Source: a bacterium (GTDB lineage: Bacteria > Bacteroidota > Ignavibacteria > Ignavibacteriales > Melioribacteraceae). Taken from it: a DNA stretch of 64,000 bases. Positions 17,616 through 28,000 of this stretch are shown in pieces. Below the pieces are notes generated by a model. It was not told the DNA's origin and did no database searches. It saw only the letters and a list, made by a program, of their open reading frames with translations. Within the stretch, counting starts at the first letter, position 1; every line of letters begins with the position of its first letter. The position numbers were made by a program, and so were the translations under genes. Location: the NCBI GenBank assembly GCA_043805435.1, contig JAZDHY010000092.1, positions 6,668 through 70,667 on the forward strand. The letters are read 5' to 3'.

Positions 17616-19133
17616 ATGACCGGATTAGCTTCATCGGATTTGATAATTGCAAGCTGGGTTTTAATAATATTATATGCTGCATTAATTTTATTTTTTGTTG
17701 TAAGAGGTGCGTTAAAAACCAAAAACATATCCGATTATGCACTTGGCAGTATCTCTTTTTCACCCATTGGTGTTGGTTTGGCACTTGCCGCATCAATGAC
17801 AAGTGCAGCTACATTTATTATCAATCCCGGATTTATTGCTTTTTATGGAATAAGCGGCGTTATTTCATTTGCTTTTGTTTTACCAATTGCTTCCCTTGTT
17901 TCGCTTATTGTACTTACTAAAGGATTCAGGAAACATGGTCAAAGCGTTAAAGCTTTAACATTAGCTCAATGGATGGGAACCAGATATAAAAGTAAAACAT
18001 ATTCTTTCTTTTTTGGAATACTTTCTTTACTGTTAATTACGTTTATTGTGCTTATTTGTGTAGGAATTACAAAAGTACTTGCTAAATCGTTAGATGTAAA
18101 AGAGCTTTATGTTTTAATTGGAATTGTAGTATTTATATTTGGATATATGATGTTTGGCGGTGCAAACTCGATGGTTTACACTAATACAATCCAAGCATCC
18201 ATTATGATAGTAGTTGCGGTCATTTTATTAACATCAGGTTACGATCATTTTAGCAAAGGGATAACCGGATTTTTTGATAAATTATTTGCTGTTGATCCTA
18301 ATCTTACAAAACTATATAACACAAAAAGTTTTTTATTCCGCGATTTTTATGAAATTTTTATTTCTCAAATTGTAATTGGGGTTGCAATAGTATGCCAGCC
18401 TCATATAATAACTAAATCGTTATTATTAAAAACAGATAAAGATGTTAATCGTTATTTAGTGGTTGGTGTTATTGTACAGATGTTGTTTTTTCTTGTAGTT
18501 ATTGCAGGTCTGTTTGCAAGACTTACTTTTCCTAATTTGGAAATAAACGGCATCCCTTTAAAACTTGACGGCGTTATTTCGGCTTATGTAGTTTCCAAAT
18601 TTCCCGTTTATATTGGGTTAATTGTAATTTTGGGGTTAATTTCGGCCGGTATTTCTACTTTGGAAGGGTTAATTCAATCAATTTCAACAACTATAACTTC
18701 AGACATAATTTTACCTATTGCAAAGCGTATTAAACCAAAAATCGAAATGGAGAATAAAACAAAAATAACAATTAACAGACTTGTTATTGGTTTATTAGCT
18801 ATTGTAACAATTATTATATCATACGATCAATTAATTAATCCTAAATTAAGTGTTGGAATTTTTGCTCAAAACGGAGTATATGCATATTTTTCAGCAGCAT
18901 TTGTACCAATAATTTTTGGAATGTTTTTTAAGGATATGCCCAAAGTTGCTGTTGTTTTGGGTTCATTTATTGCAGTTGTTGTTCATTTTGTAATGTATTT
19001 CGGTAAAATACAAATCCCCTTTTCAGTTGCAACAGGCGAAAATCCGGGTGTTGCCGCTTCAGCTGCAATTATTGTATCGGTTTTATTATCACTTGTATTG
19101 TATTATGTATTCAGGAGAAAATTGAATGATTAA
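17616..19133 (+). CDS. Sodium:solute symporter family (SSF) transporter
   Basis: 505 aa with about 13 TM segments. The overall SSF-like pattern includes an N-terminal 'Y.LG....S....G..L.A...SA.TF'. Confidence 0.65.
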   Translation: MTGLASSDLIIASWVLIILYAALILFFVVRGALKTKNISDYALGSISFSPIGVGLALAASMTSAATFIINPGFIAFYGISGVISFAFVLPIASLVSLIVLTKGFRKHGQSVKALTLAQWMGTRYKSKTYSFFFGILSLLLITFIVLICVGITKVLAKSLDVKELYVLIGIVVFIFGYMMFGGANSMVYTNTIQASIMIVVAVILLTSGYDHFSKGITGFFDKLFAVDPNLTKLYNTKSFLFRDFYEIFISQIVIGVAIVCQPHIITKSLLLKTDKDVNRYLVVGVIVQMLFFLVVIAGLFARLTFPNLEINGIPLKLDGVISAYVVSKFPVYIGLIVILGLISAGISTLEGLIQSISTTITSDIILPIAKRIKPKIEMENKTKITINRLVIGLLAIVTIIISYDQLINPKLSVGIFAQNGVYAYFSAAFVPIIFGMFFKDMPKVAVVLGSFIAVVVHFVMYFGKIQIPFSVATGENPGVAASAAIIVSVLLSLVLYYVFRRKLND

Positions 19134-20646
19134 TCAAGAAATTGACTGGCTAAAAAAATGGGCTTTATATTTACCCAAAAAAATGTTTTTGCGCGATCAT
19201 TTTACAGATGTAAGCTGGGATTATTATACGTTTAATCAAAAAGCTGTTTGTTTGGCAAAATTATTAAAAGGCAGTTTTAATCTTGTTAAAGGTGATAGAA
19301 TAGCTGTTTATTCAAAAAATTGTGCCGAATATGTTTTATTATTTACGGCATGCGTAAAAGCGGGATTTATTCTTGTACCGCTTAATTTTAGATTAACGCC
19401 AAGAGAACTTGATTTATTAATTAATGATGCCAAACCCAATTTATTCCTTTATGAAGATGAATATTCTAATGAAATTAATGATTTGCTTTCATTACACAAT
19501 GTAAGAGAAATTAAATCCTTAAATATTATATCTGATGTTTTATATAATACTACCGCAAAACAAATTGAAATTATGGATGTAGAGCACGATATTGAAGATC
19601 CTGTACTTATATTATATACTGCGGGAACAACGGGACTATCAAAAGGTGTATTAATTAACAACAGAATGTTATTTTGGAACGCAATAAATACCGGCTTAAG
19701 ACTGAATTTAACATCCAATGACCATTCGCAAAATTTCACTCCGTTTTTTCATACAGGAGGCTGGAATGTTTTATTTACCCCGTTTTTATTCCATGGCGGT
19801 TCGCTTACCATTCTTCAAAAATTTGATGCAGATTTAATTCTACAATTAATGGAAACCGAAAATACAACAATTTTGTGGGGTGTTCCAACTATGCTTCAAA
19901 TGATGAGCGACAGCCCTTTATTTGAAAAAGTAAATCTTTCAAGTGTAAGATTTGCGGTTGTTGGAGGTGCACCAATGCCAATTCCTATAATAAATATTTG
20001 GCATAATAAAGGTGTTTTTATTCGTCAGGGTTATGGATTAACGGAAGTTGGTCCAAACTGTTATTCCCTTCATCAAGACGATGCAATTAGAAAAAAAGGT
20101 TCAATAGGATTTCCCAATTTCTTTTTAGATGTTAAGTTAATAAGTGAAGAAGGAATTGAATGCGAAAATAACCAAATTGGCGAATTATGGATAAAATCTC
20201 CTGTTGTTACTCAGGGTTATTGGCAAAATGAAGAAGAGACAAAAAAAAGTATTACAAACGGCTGGTTTCATACAGGCGACATGATGTTGCGCGATGATGA
20301 AGGATATTATTTTGTTATTGACCGTAAAAAAAACATGTATATAAGCGGAGGTGAAAACGTTTATCCAGCAGAAGTTGAAGCTTTTTTAGTGTCCAATCCT
20401 GCTGTTAAGGAAGTTGCTGTAATTGGTGTTTCGGACACTAAATGGGGTGAAGTTGGAAAAGCTTTTATAGTAAAAAATACTAATTCCCAACTATTAGAAA
20501 ATGATATTTATAGATATTGTTTAGGTAAACTTGCAAAATATAAAATTCCAAGATATGTTGAGTTTTTAGATGAACTACCTAAAAACGAAGCCGGAAAAAT
20601 AGATAGAAAAAAATTAAAAGAACTACAACACAATCATATTCAATAA
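19126..20646 (+). CDS. AMP-dependent acyl-CoA synthetase/ligase
   Basis: Motifs seen are the AMP-binding motif 'LYTAGTTGLSKGV', 'GYGLTE', 'GWFHTGDMM', 'GGENVYPAEVE' and the terminal 'PKNEAGKIDRKKL'. Confidence 0.88.
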   Translation: MINQEIDWLKKWALYLPKKMFLRDHFTDVSWDYYTFNQKAVCLAKLLKGSFNLVKGDRIAVYSKNCAEYVLLFTACVKAGFILVPLNFRLTPRELDLLINDAKPNLFLYEDEYSNEINDLLSLHNVREIKSLNIISDVLYNTTAKQIEIMDVEHDIEDPVLILYTAGTTGLSKGVLINNRMLFWNAINTGLRLNLTSNDHSQNFTPFFHTGGWNVLFTPFLFHGGSLTILQKFDADLILQLMETENTTILWGVPTMLQMMSDSPLFEKVNLSSVRFAVVGGAPMPIPIINIWHNKGVFIRQGYGLTEVGPNCYSLHQDDAIRKKGSIGFPNFFLDVKLISEEGIECENNQIGELWIKSPVVTQGYWQNEEETKKSITNGWFHTGDMMLRDDEGYYFVIDRKKNMYISGGENVYPAEVEAFLVSNPAVKEVAVIGVSDTKWGEVGKAFIVKNTNSQLLENDIYRYCLGKLAKYKIPRYVEFLDELPKNEAGKIDRKKLKELQHNHIQ

Positions 20647-20667
20647 TCAAGAAAAAAGAGGAAAACC

Positions 20668-21180
20668 ATGAAAAAAAGTATTTTATTATTTGTAGTATTT
20701 GCATTATCTTTATCCATTTTTGGATGTAAAGACGATGATAACTCTACCGAAAATGTTACTCCTAAAGATCCAATTGTTGGTACTTGGGTTTCGGAAGGAA
20801 ATAATGTAGCTCCTTTATTGGTCTATTTTTTTAAAGCTAAAAAAATTACTGCTACTTTTAACGAAAATTTCAGCTATACCGTTGTTCAAATTGATTCAAG
20901 TAATGGATCTACTACATTTACAGGTACTTACACATTAACAAAAGGAACAACAGGTACAATTTACCAGATAGTTGTAAACCAACAAACTCCAAGTGTATTA
21001 ATTGCCGAAGGTATTTATCAAATTGATACTGCCGCAGAACCTGATGGAATGAAATACGAAGTTATTCAAACAACTCCGGCTATTGGAGCAACACCTCCAA
21101 CGGTTACTGCAGGTTTTGGCAGCTCAAGCGGCGGCGCATTAGGAACATCCAATATTCAAAAATATGTTAGAGTTCAATAA
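20668..21180 (+). CDS. Lipoprotein, unknown function
   Basis: It has a lipobox-like 'LSIFGC' and an SD (AGAGGAAAA) ahead of the ATG. A strong terminator follows. Confidence 0.6.
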   Translation: MKKSILLFVVFALSLSIFGCKDDDNSTENVTPKDPIVGTWVSEGNNVAPLLVYFFKAKKITATFNENFSYTVVQIDSSNGSTTFTGTYTLTKGTTGTIYQIVVNQQTPSVLIAEGIYQIDTAAEPDGMKYEVIQTTPAIGATPPTVTAGFGSSSGGALGTSNIQKYVRVQ

Positions 21181-21195
21181 TTATTAAGTTACATT

Positions 21196-21219
21196 GGGCG
21201 GCTTTTGCCGCCCTTTTAT
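21196..21219 (+). terminator. Rho-independent terminator
   Basis: The sequence is GGGCGGC-TTTT-GCCGCCC-TTTTAT. Confidence 0.85.
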
Positions 21220-21248
21220 ATTTTTAATCACTAAATTAAAATTCTACC

Positions 21249-22808
21249 ATGAAAAAAATAAATACTTTTTTGTTTGCAATAATTTTTGTTTCCAACATTG
21301 CTCTTTTTTCGCAAGAGCAAACTTGGAGTTACGACGAGAACAAAGTTCCCTCAAAACCGGTTACTGAATTTCAATTTATGGCATACTTTACTACACAAGG
21401 AGTATCAAATAATATTTATGCCGAAAATGATTTATTAAAAGGACAAACAGTAGGCAGATTATTTGGCACAAACTCTACAAATACAGGACAAAGTGCTTTT
21501 TATTTTGAACAGCGTTTAATTCCTTTTATTATTTACCAGCCTAAACTTTTAGACGGAAAAGCTATCCTTAGAATGTCTTTTGAAATTGATTGGACTTGGG
21601 GTGATGCTTCGTATGGTGCAGGCGGTAATTTTGGGTCTGCTTTTTCTGCCGATCAAGTAAACATCCAAACCCAAAATATTGAATTGGAGTTAATTCCTTT
21701 TAAAAATTTTGCAATTAATCTAGGTCTTCAAAGACTTTACGATACACCTTACAATCCTTACAGAACTTTTGCAAGTACAATGCTTAACACAGGTTACAGA
21801 TTAGCCTATTGGGGAAGTGATGCTGTTGGTATTTCCGCCCGTTACGACATGGATTATGATAGAATCAAAGCCGGTTATTATCAATTGTACGAAAATAACA
21901 CAAATCAAAACGATGATGTTGCATTGTGGGAATTAATGTACGAGCATGATATTACTCCCGCATGGCGACAAGGTGTAAGCTTAAATTATGTTTACGACCG
22001 GGGCAGTGGTGAAGGCGGTGTTTCCGTATTAGGACAAGGCCTAAATAGTTCGCTTAACGCTTATAATGGCGTTTACCGGTTCCCTCTTGGTTCAAGTACT
22101 TATAAAGCCGATATTTTTTGGCTCGGTACATTTGGCAGTTACAATCCTGAATTTACTTTAGGACGCTGGTCAATAAATGGATTTTTTAATGCTAATTTTG
22201 GAAAAGTTGATACGGCAATTGCCGGCGGTTACCAAAAAGCATGCGATATTTTTGGCTATGCTGCTAATTTCCGTGCAGGATACAAATATGGCCAAACCGT
22301 TGACGATAATGTGATGATTGATTTATTATATGCCAGCGGAGATAGCGACGGATTTAAAAATGGTTCGTACGATGGCGTTTTAACAGGAAATATGTGGGGA
22401 TCGCCCGGTGCAATTTACGTAACCAGCGGAGCATATTTATTATATCCACATGGCAACGTTGTAAATCGCTATTACGCCGCTATAAGCGACTTATCCAATC
22501 TGGGGTTAGGCCAATTTGGAGGAACAGTTAACTTAACTAAATCTTTCATTCCAAATAAACTAAAAGCTAAAATTGGTGCGGCTTATGCTGTAAGTATGGT
22601 TAAACCTTTTGGCGGTAAAAATGATATTGGTACAGAGTTAAACGCAATGGTAAGCTATCAGCCGGCTGTTTATATGAATATTGAATTACATGGAGCATAT
22701 TTAATGCTCGGTGATTTTTATAAAAGTCCGGCCGTTAATGCTAATTCATCAACAAAACCATCTAACCCATACACGTTGTTTTGTGTATTTAAATGGTTAT
22801 TATTCTAA
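21249..22808 (+). CDS. Putative outer-membrane beta-barrel protein
   Basis: It has a signal peptide, alternating aromatic/Gly-rich beta-strand patterning and a C-terminal aromatic residue (…KWLLF). Confidence 0.55.
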   Translation: MKKINTFLFAIIFVSNIALFSQEQTWSYDENKVPSKPVTEFQFMAYFTTQGVSNNIYAENDLLKGQTVGRLFGTNSTNTGQSAFYFEQRLIPFIIYQPKLLDGKAILRMSFEIDWTWGDASYGAGGNFGSAFSADQVNIQTQNIELELIPFKNFAINLGLQRLYDTPYNPYRTFASTMLNTGYRLAYWGSDAVGISARYDMDYDRIKAGYYQLYENNTNQNDDVALWELMYEHDITPAWRQGVSLNYVYDRGSGEGGVSVLGQGLNSSLNAYNGVYRFPLGSSTYKADIFWLGTFGSYNPEFTLGRWSINGFFNANFGKVDTAIAGGYQKACDIFGYAANFRAGYKYGQTVDDNVMIDLLYASGDSDGFKNGSYDGVLTGNMWGSPGAIYVTSGAYLLYPHGNVVNRYYAAISDLSNLGLGQFGGTVNLTKSFIPNKLKAKIGAAYAVSMVKPFGGKNDIGTELNAMVSYQPAVYMNIELHGAYLMLGDFYKSPAVNANSSTKPSNPYTLFCVFKWLLF

Positions 22809-22842
22809 CTGTTTAACTTAAATTATATAAGAGAGATTTATT

Positions 22843-23787
22843 ATGTACAAATATAAATATTTAATTTTACTTTTAGCAATTATAGTATTAAATGGTTGTT
22901 CACCTTATAGGAATGTTATAAAAATGGAATTTGATGATGTTGAGTATCCATATACTGTAAAAAAAGCGGAGCTGACAAATGGTATTAAATTAGCATATAT
23001 TGACGAAGGAAAAGGTGATAATACCATTATTTTTATTCATGGATTAGGCAGTTATCTTAAAGCATGGAATAAAAACTTACCTTCCCTTTCCGAAAAATAC
23101 CGCTGTATTGCAATTGATTTACCCGGTTATGGTAAATCGAGCAAAGAAATTCACCCGGGCTCTATGGATTTTTATGCCGCTGTTTTAGCTGATTTTATTA
23201 AAAAATTAGACTTAAAGAATGTTACTCTTGCAGGACACTCGATGGGTGGTCAAATTTCAATGGTGTTTTCGTTAAAATACCCTCAATTGGTTACTAATTT
23301 AGTACTTGTTGACCCTGCGGGATTTGAAGAATTTACAGAAGGACAAAAGCAGTGGTTCCGTGATGTTATGACTGTTCCAATGGTAAAAAACACTCCGGTA
23401 CAAAGCATTCGTGCTAATTTAATTATGAATTTTTACGATATGCCCGAAGATGCCGAATTTATGGTAACAGACAGAATTGCTTTTAGAGATGCTAAAGACT
23501 TTGATAAATATTGTTATGCTGTTACCCGCAGCGTAAACGGAATGGTTGATCAGCCGGTTATTAATCTGCTGGATAGAATTACAAAACCGACATTAATAAT
23601 TTTTGGAGAAAATGATAACCTTATTCCAAATCCTTATTTAACCGGCGGTACAACAGAATCTATTGCAAAAATTGGTCATGAAAAAATAACCGGAAGCAAG
23701 TTAATAATGATCCCAAACTGTGGTCATTTTGCTCAATTCGAAAAATATCAAGAAGTTAATAATGCTATTACTGATTTTTTAAAATAA
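22843..23787 (+). CDS. Alpha/beta-hydrolase (lipoprotein)
   Basis: It has a lipobox 'LNGC', 'HGLGS', the nucleophile elbow 'GHSMGG' and a C-terminal 'CGHF' His motif. Confidence 0.85.
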   Translation: MYKYKYLILLLAIIVLNGCSPYRNVIKMEFDDVEYPYTVKKAELTNGIKLAYIDEGKGDNTIIFIHGLGSYLKAWNKNLPSLSEKYRCIAIDLPGYGKSSKEIHPGSMDFYAAVLADFIKKLDLKNVTLAGHSMGGQISMVFSLKYPQLVTNLVLVDPAGFEEFTEGQKQWFRDVMTVPMVKNTPVQSIRANLIMNFYDMPEDAEFMVTDRIAFRDAKDFDKYCYAVTRSVNGMVDQPVINLLDRITKPTLIIFGENDNLIPNPYLTGGTTESIAKIGHEKITGSKLIMIPNCGHFAQFEKYQEVNNAITDFLK

Positions 23788-23806
23788 TTATTATTTGTGG
23801 TAACTT

Positions 23807-23841
23807 AAGGGAGTGTATTTATTAATATGCTCCCTTTTTTA
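23807..23841 (+). terminator. Probable terminator of the hydrolase gene; left edge of the island
   Basis: AAGGGAG...(16-nt loop)...CTCCCTT is followed by TTTT. Confidence 0.5.
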
Positions 23842-24000
23842 TTTTAAATATTAAACACTTATAAACATAAGCAAGAGTAACAATTTTTATTTTTGGCAGT
23901 AATGCCTAATTGCAGCGCGCGTGAGATTTAAAGATTGTGTTAAAATTAAAAAACAGCAATAATTTGATAAAACATGTGGTGAGGTTGTCCGGTGTTTGTT

Positions 24001-24093
24001 GTTACAGACATGGAATTTCTTTAAAATTCTACAGTACTTTAAAGGTAGAACAATCAAATATTAAGAACTGTGGAACAGTTCAATGGCTGTAAC
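24001..24093. other. Long imperfect hairpin of 93 nt in an ORF-free leader (candidate structured RNA)
   Basis: Nested pairings are GTTACAG/CTGTAAC, CATGGAA/TTCAATG (1 mismatch) and TTCTACAGT/ACTGTGGAA (1 G-U). Confidence 0.35.
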
Positions 24094-24388
24094 AAAACAA
24101 AAAAGCACAAATACGTACTCTGGAAGAGTACAATGTAAATTACATCCTCCAAAATAGTTATAAAATGGTAATAAAAGCCCGTAAACACCCTAAATTATTA
24201 TAAAACTAAATTTTATCTGCAAAATAATTGCCATAATTTATTGTTGTTATTTATTATTTAGTTATTTTTGTAATAAAGTATAATTGCGGTTTTAGGCAAA
24301 TATTTTTGTGCTATTAAATCAAAATGCTTTCCTAAACCCCACAATAAAAATATAAAAAGTTTTACAAACCTATTAACATTGGTATGGT

Positions 24389-24657
24389 ATGGAAATTATA
24401 AACTACAATAACAATTTAAGCACAAATTAAAAAAATAATTATTTGTTTTATGTATTTAATACCTAAAATTATCGTTTTCCCGACGTCGGGAAGACGATAA
24501 GATAATAATAAAATATTTATAATTAGAGTGATACATGGAAATTATAAACTACAATAACAATTTAAGCACAAGTAAAAGATTAATTATTTGTTTTATGTAT
24601 TTAATCTAAAATTTAATGCTGAAATTATCATTTTCCCGACGTCGGGAAGAAGATAGG
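24389..24657. repeat. Two tandem copies (starts 146 bp apart) of an element of about 115-123 bp, each ending in the perfect 16-bp palindrome TTCCCGACGTCGGGAA
   Basis: Copy 1 spans 24389-24501 and copy 2 spans 24535-24657. The first 37 nt are identical (ATGGAAATTATAAACTACAATAACAATTTAAGCACAA). The palindromes lie at 24477-24492 and 24633-24648. In copy 1 the stem extends to 14 bp (24471-24498). Confidence 0.85.
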
Positions 24658-25005
24658 AATGCAAAAAAAACAACAAAAAAGATGTATTATAATATAAAGC
24701 GGGGCAATAGTAATTATTAAATTCGTAAAAATTTCACTATTATTCTACTACACTAAATGAATAATCTGCTATAAATTTAAATCAAAGTATCCATATTCTA
24801 TGTTTTTCGAAAATATTTATTGAGTATAATAAATATTTAGTTTATTTTAATAGATGTTTTCCTGTTGATATGGAAAAAACAAAAAATTAAGGATAAGAGG
24901 AATAAAAATTGAGTTTACTAATATAAAAATTGGTTAAATTAAATTTACAGACCCCAAAAATCATAATAACATACAACTTTAATAATTAGCTAATTTAGAT
25001 ATTTT

Positions 25006-28000
25006 ATGTCATCAAAGTTTTTTACTAACAGAAGCGAAAGAAATTTATTTGATAAGTTTAAGGGTATACTTGAAAACATGAAAGACTTATATGCCTTTCA
25101 TGCTGTTGTTGGTTATTTCCGTTCATCCGGTTATTTTGCATTACAACCTTACCTAAAAGATATTAAAGATATAAAAATTTTGGTTGGAATTAATGTCGAT
25201 CAAATGTTTGCGGAAGCACAAAGGAAAGGTTTAATATACTTTGGTGACGAAAATAAAACAAAAAATGAGTTCTTAAATTGGTTTATTAATGATATAAAAG
25301 AAGCCAAATATACACTGGAAGTTGAAAATGGTGTTTTGCAATTTGTACAGGATTTAATGGACGGGCGAATTCAAGTACGTGCACATAATTCACAAAATAT
25401 ACATGCAAAGTTTTATTTGTTTTTACCGGAAAACCATTCCGAACATACTGACGGCTGGGTAATAATGGGATCGTCAAATTTGACAGAAGCCGGACTTGGA
25501 ATTAAAAAAACACCAAATTATGAATTAAATATTGCATTAAAAGATTTTGATGATGTTTCTTTTACTGTTGATGAGTTTAAAAAACTTTGGGACCACTCAA
25601 CTCCAATACTGCCTGCTGATATACAGCAATTTAAAGAAAAAACGCATATTGGACAGGTTTTTACCCCTTATGAACTTTATTTAAAGTTTTTAATAGAATA
25701 TTTTGGTAAAAACATAGATTACGACCCGGATACAGTAGGTGATTTACCTAAAACTTATAAAAAATTAAGTTATCAAATTGATGCGGTAAATCAAGGGTTT
25801 CAAATGTTGATGGAACACAATGGTTTTTTCCTTGCTGATGTTGTAGGGCTTGGAAAAACTGTTGTTGCTGCAATGATTGCAAAAAGGTTTATAATTGCTA
25901 ATGGTTCGTTAAATACTAAAATATTAGTTGTTTTTCCACCCGCTGTTGAAAAAAACTGGAAAACTACATTTAGACTTTTTGGAATTGACAGACATACAAA
26001 ATTTATTACAAACGGAAGTTTGGATAAAATAATTGATAATAGGGATTTAAATTATTGGGCTAAAGAAGACTATGATTTGATTTTAGTTGATGAAGCGCAC
26101 CGTTATAGAAACCATACTTCTGAAATGTTTGGTTTTTTACAGCGTATTTGTAAGTCACCAAGGGTTAATAATGGTTTAATTGCAGGGGATAAAAAGAAGG
26201 TTATTTTAATTTCGGCTACACCTTTAAATAATAGACCCCAAGATTTGTATTACCAATTGTTACTTTTTCAAGATTCAAGAAAAAGTACATTAAATATTAC
26301 AAATTTGCAAAACTTTTTCGGTCCTTTAATACGTGAATATAAAGAAATTATTAGAAACAGCGAACCGAATTTACAAAGCATACGAGATATTTATATTAAG
26401 ATTAGAGAAGAATTAATATCACAAATTACAGTACGAAGAACACGACGAGATTTAAATAATTATCCCAAATATATTGAAGACTTGAAAGCGCAAGGAATAG
26501 TTTTTCCTGAAATTGCTGCGCCTAAACCGAAGTATTATCAATTAGATGCCAAATTAAGCAAATTGTTTTATCATACAATATTTTATTTAACCGATTCCGA
26601 TAAAATTAATTATTACCGTTATCAGGCAATTGCTTATTTAAAACCTGAATTTAGGGAACAGTATTATGAACAGGCCGAATTAGTATCTAATTCATTAGCC
26701 GGTATTATGAAAACCTTAATGGTAAAAAGACTTGAAAGCAGTTTTAATGCTTTTAAAATATCATTGCAAAATTTAGCTGATTCAACTCAAATAATGATTG
26801 ATATGTTTGAACGGGGAAAAGTTTTAATTGCACCCAATTTACATATTAAAGGTTTGTTGGATAAAGGCGTAACCATTGAAGATATTGAAGATAAGATCCT
26901 TGAATTAAGTATTGAGAACCCTAAAAATAATATTTTTACAACACAGGATTTTGAGGATGATTTTTTACCCGGTTTAAAAAAAGATCATTTGCTTTTAACC
27001 GATTTAATAAAAGATTGGGGAGTTGTTAAACATGACCCAAAACTTGAAACTTTTATTAATAGTATTGAAAATGAATTTTTAAATAAAACTATTAACCCTA
27101 CCGGCAAATTGGTAATATTTACAGAAAGTAAAGATACCGCATTATATTTGCAAGAAAATGTTGAAAAAATATTAAAAACTAAGGTTTTAAATATCTCTTC
27201 TTCAAACAGAAACAAACTTTTTGATGTTATTTTGGAAAATTTTGACGCTAATTTTAACGGTGAAGGCAAGGACGATTATAAAATATTAATTACTACTGAT
27301 GTACTTGCCGAAGGTGTAAACCTGCATAGAGCAAATGTAATAATTAATTACGATACTCCTTGGAACGCTACACGTTTAATGCAGAGGATTGGACGTGTTA
27401 ATAGAATTGGCAGTGTTGCAGGAGTAATTTATAGTTATAATTTTTATCCTTCTGCTCAAGGTGATGAAGAAATTAACTTATATAATAATGCGCTTATTAA
27501 ATTACAAGGGTTCCATACTGCTTTTGGCGAAGATGCACAAATATTTACGCATGAAGAATTAATTGAGCAGTTTGAATTGTTTAAAGAGGGATTAAAAGAC
27601 GAAGAAGATAAACGCCTTATTTATCTTCAATTTATACGCGAATTTAAGGATAACAACCCAAAAGAATTTAAACGTATTAAACAATTTCCGCTTAAGGCAC
27701 GTACTATGCGGAAAACAAGTATTGCAAATAAAAAAGATTTGCAAAAATCGAGTATTGTGTTTTTAAAATCTGCCTATAAAACAGAGTTTTATAAAGTTGA
27801 TGAAATTAATTCCGTTACACCACTTACTTTTGTGGAAGCGGCCGAAAGTTTTGAAGCAAAATTAAATGAACAAGGTTTTAAATTAGAAGAAATACATTAT
27901 AAACAAATAAATGCAGCCTTAAATAAATTTGAAGAAGACTTTTTAATTTCCGGTACTGAAACAGTTACTTCGTTGGATAAGTCAGATGTCATTTCCCCAC

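Noticed and set aside
24001-24093. I considered whether the long hairpin could be a retron msr/msd.
   Set aside because: No reverse transcriptase ORF exists anywhere in the island or the window, and the flanking a1/a2-type repeats of retrons are not evident.
24389-24657. I considered whether the tandem elements upstream of the helicase could be a CRISPR array or a ToxI-like type III antitoxin array.
   Set aside because: There are only two copies and they are about 120 bp long. No ToxN/AbiE-type endoribonuclease gene follows; the next gene is 350 bp away and is a helicase. The elements are kept as an unexplained repeat, not as a named system.
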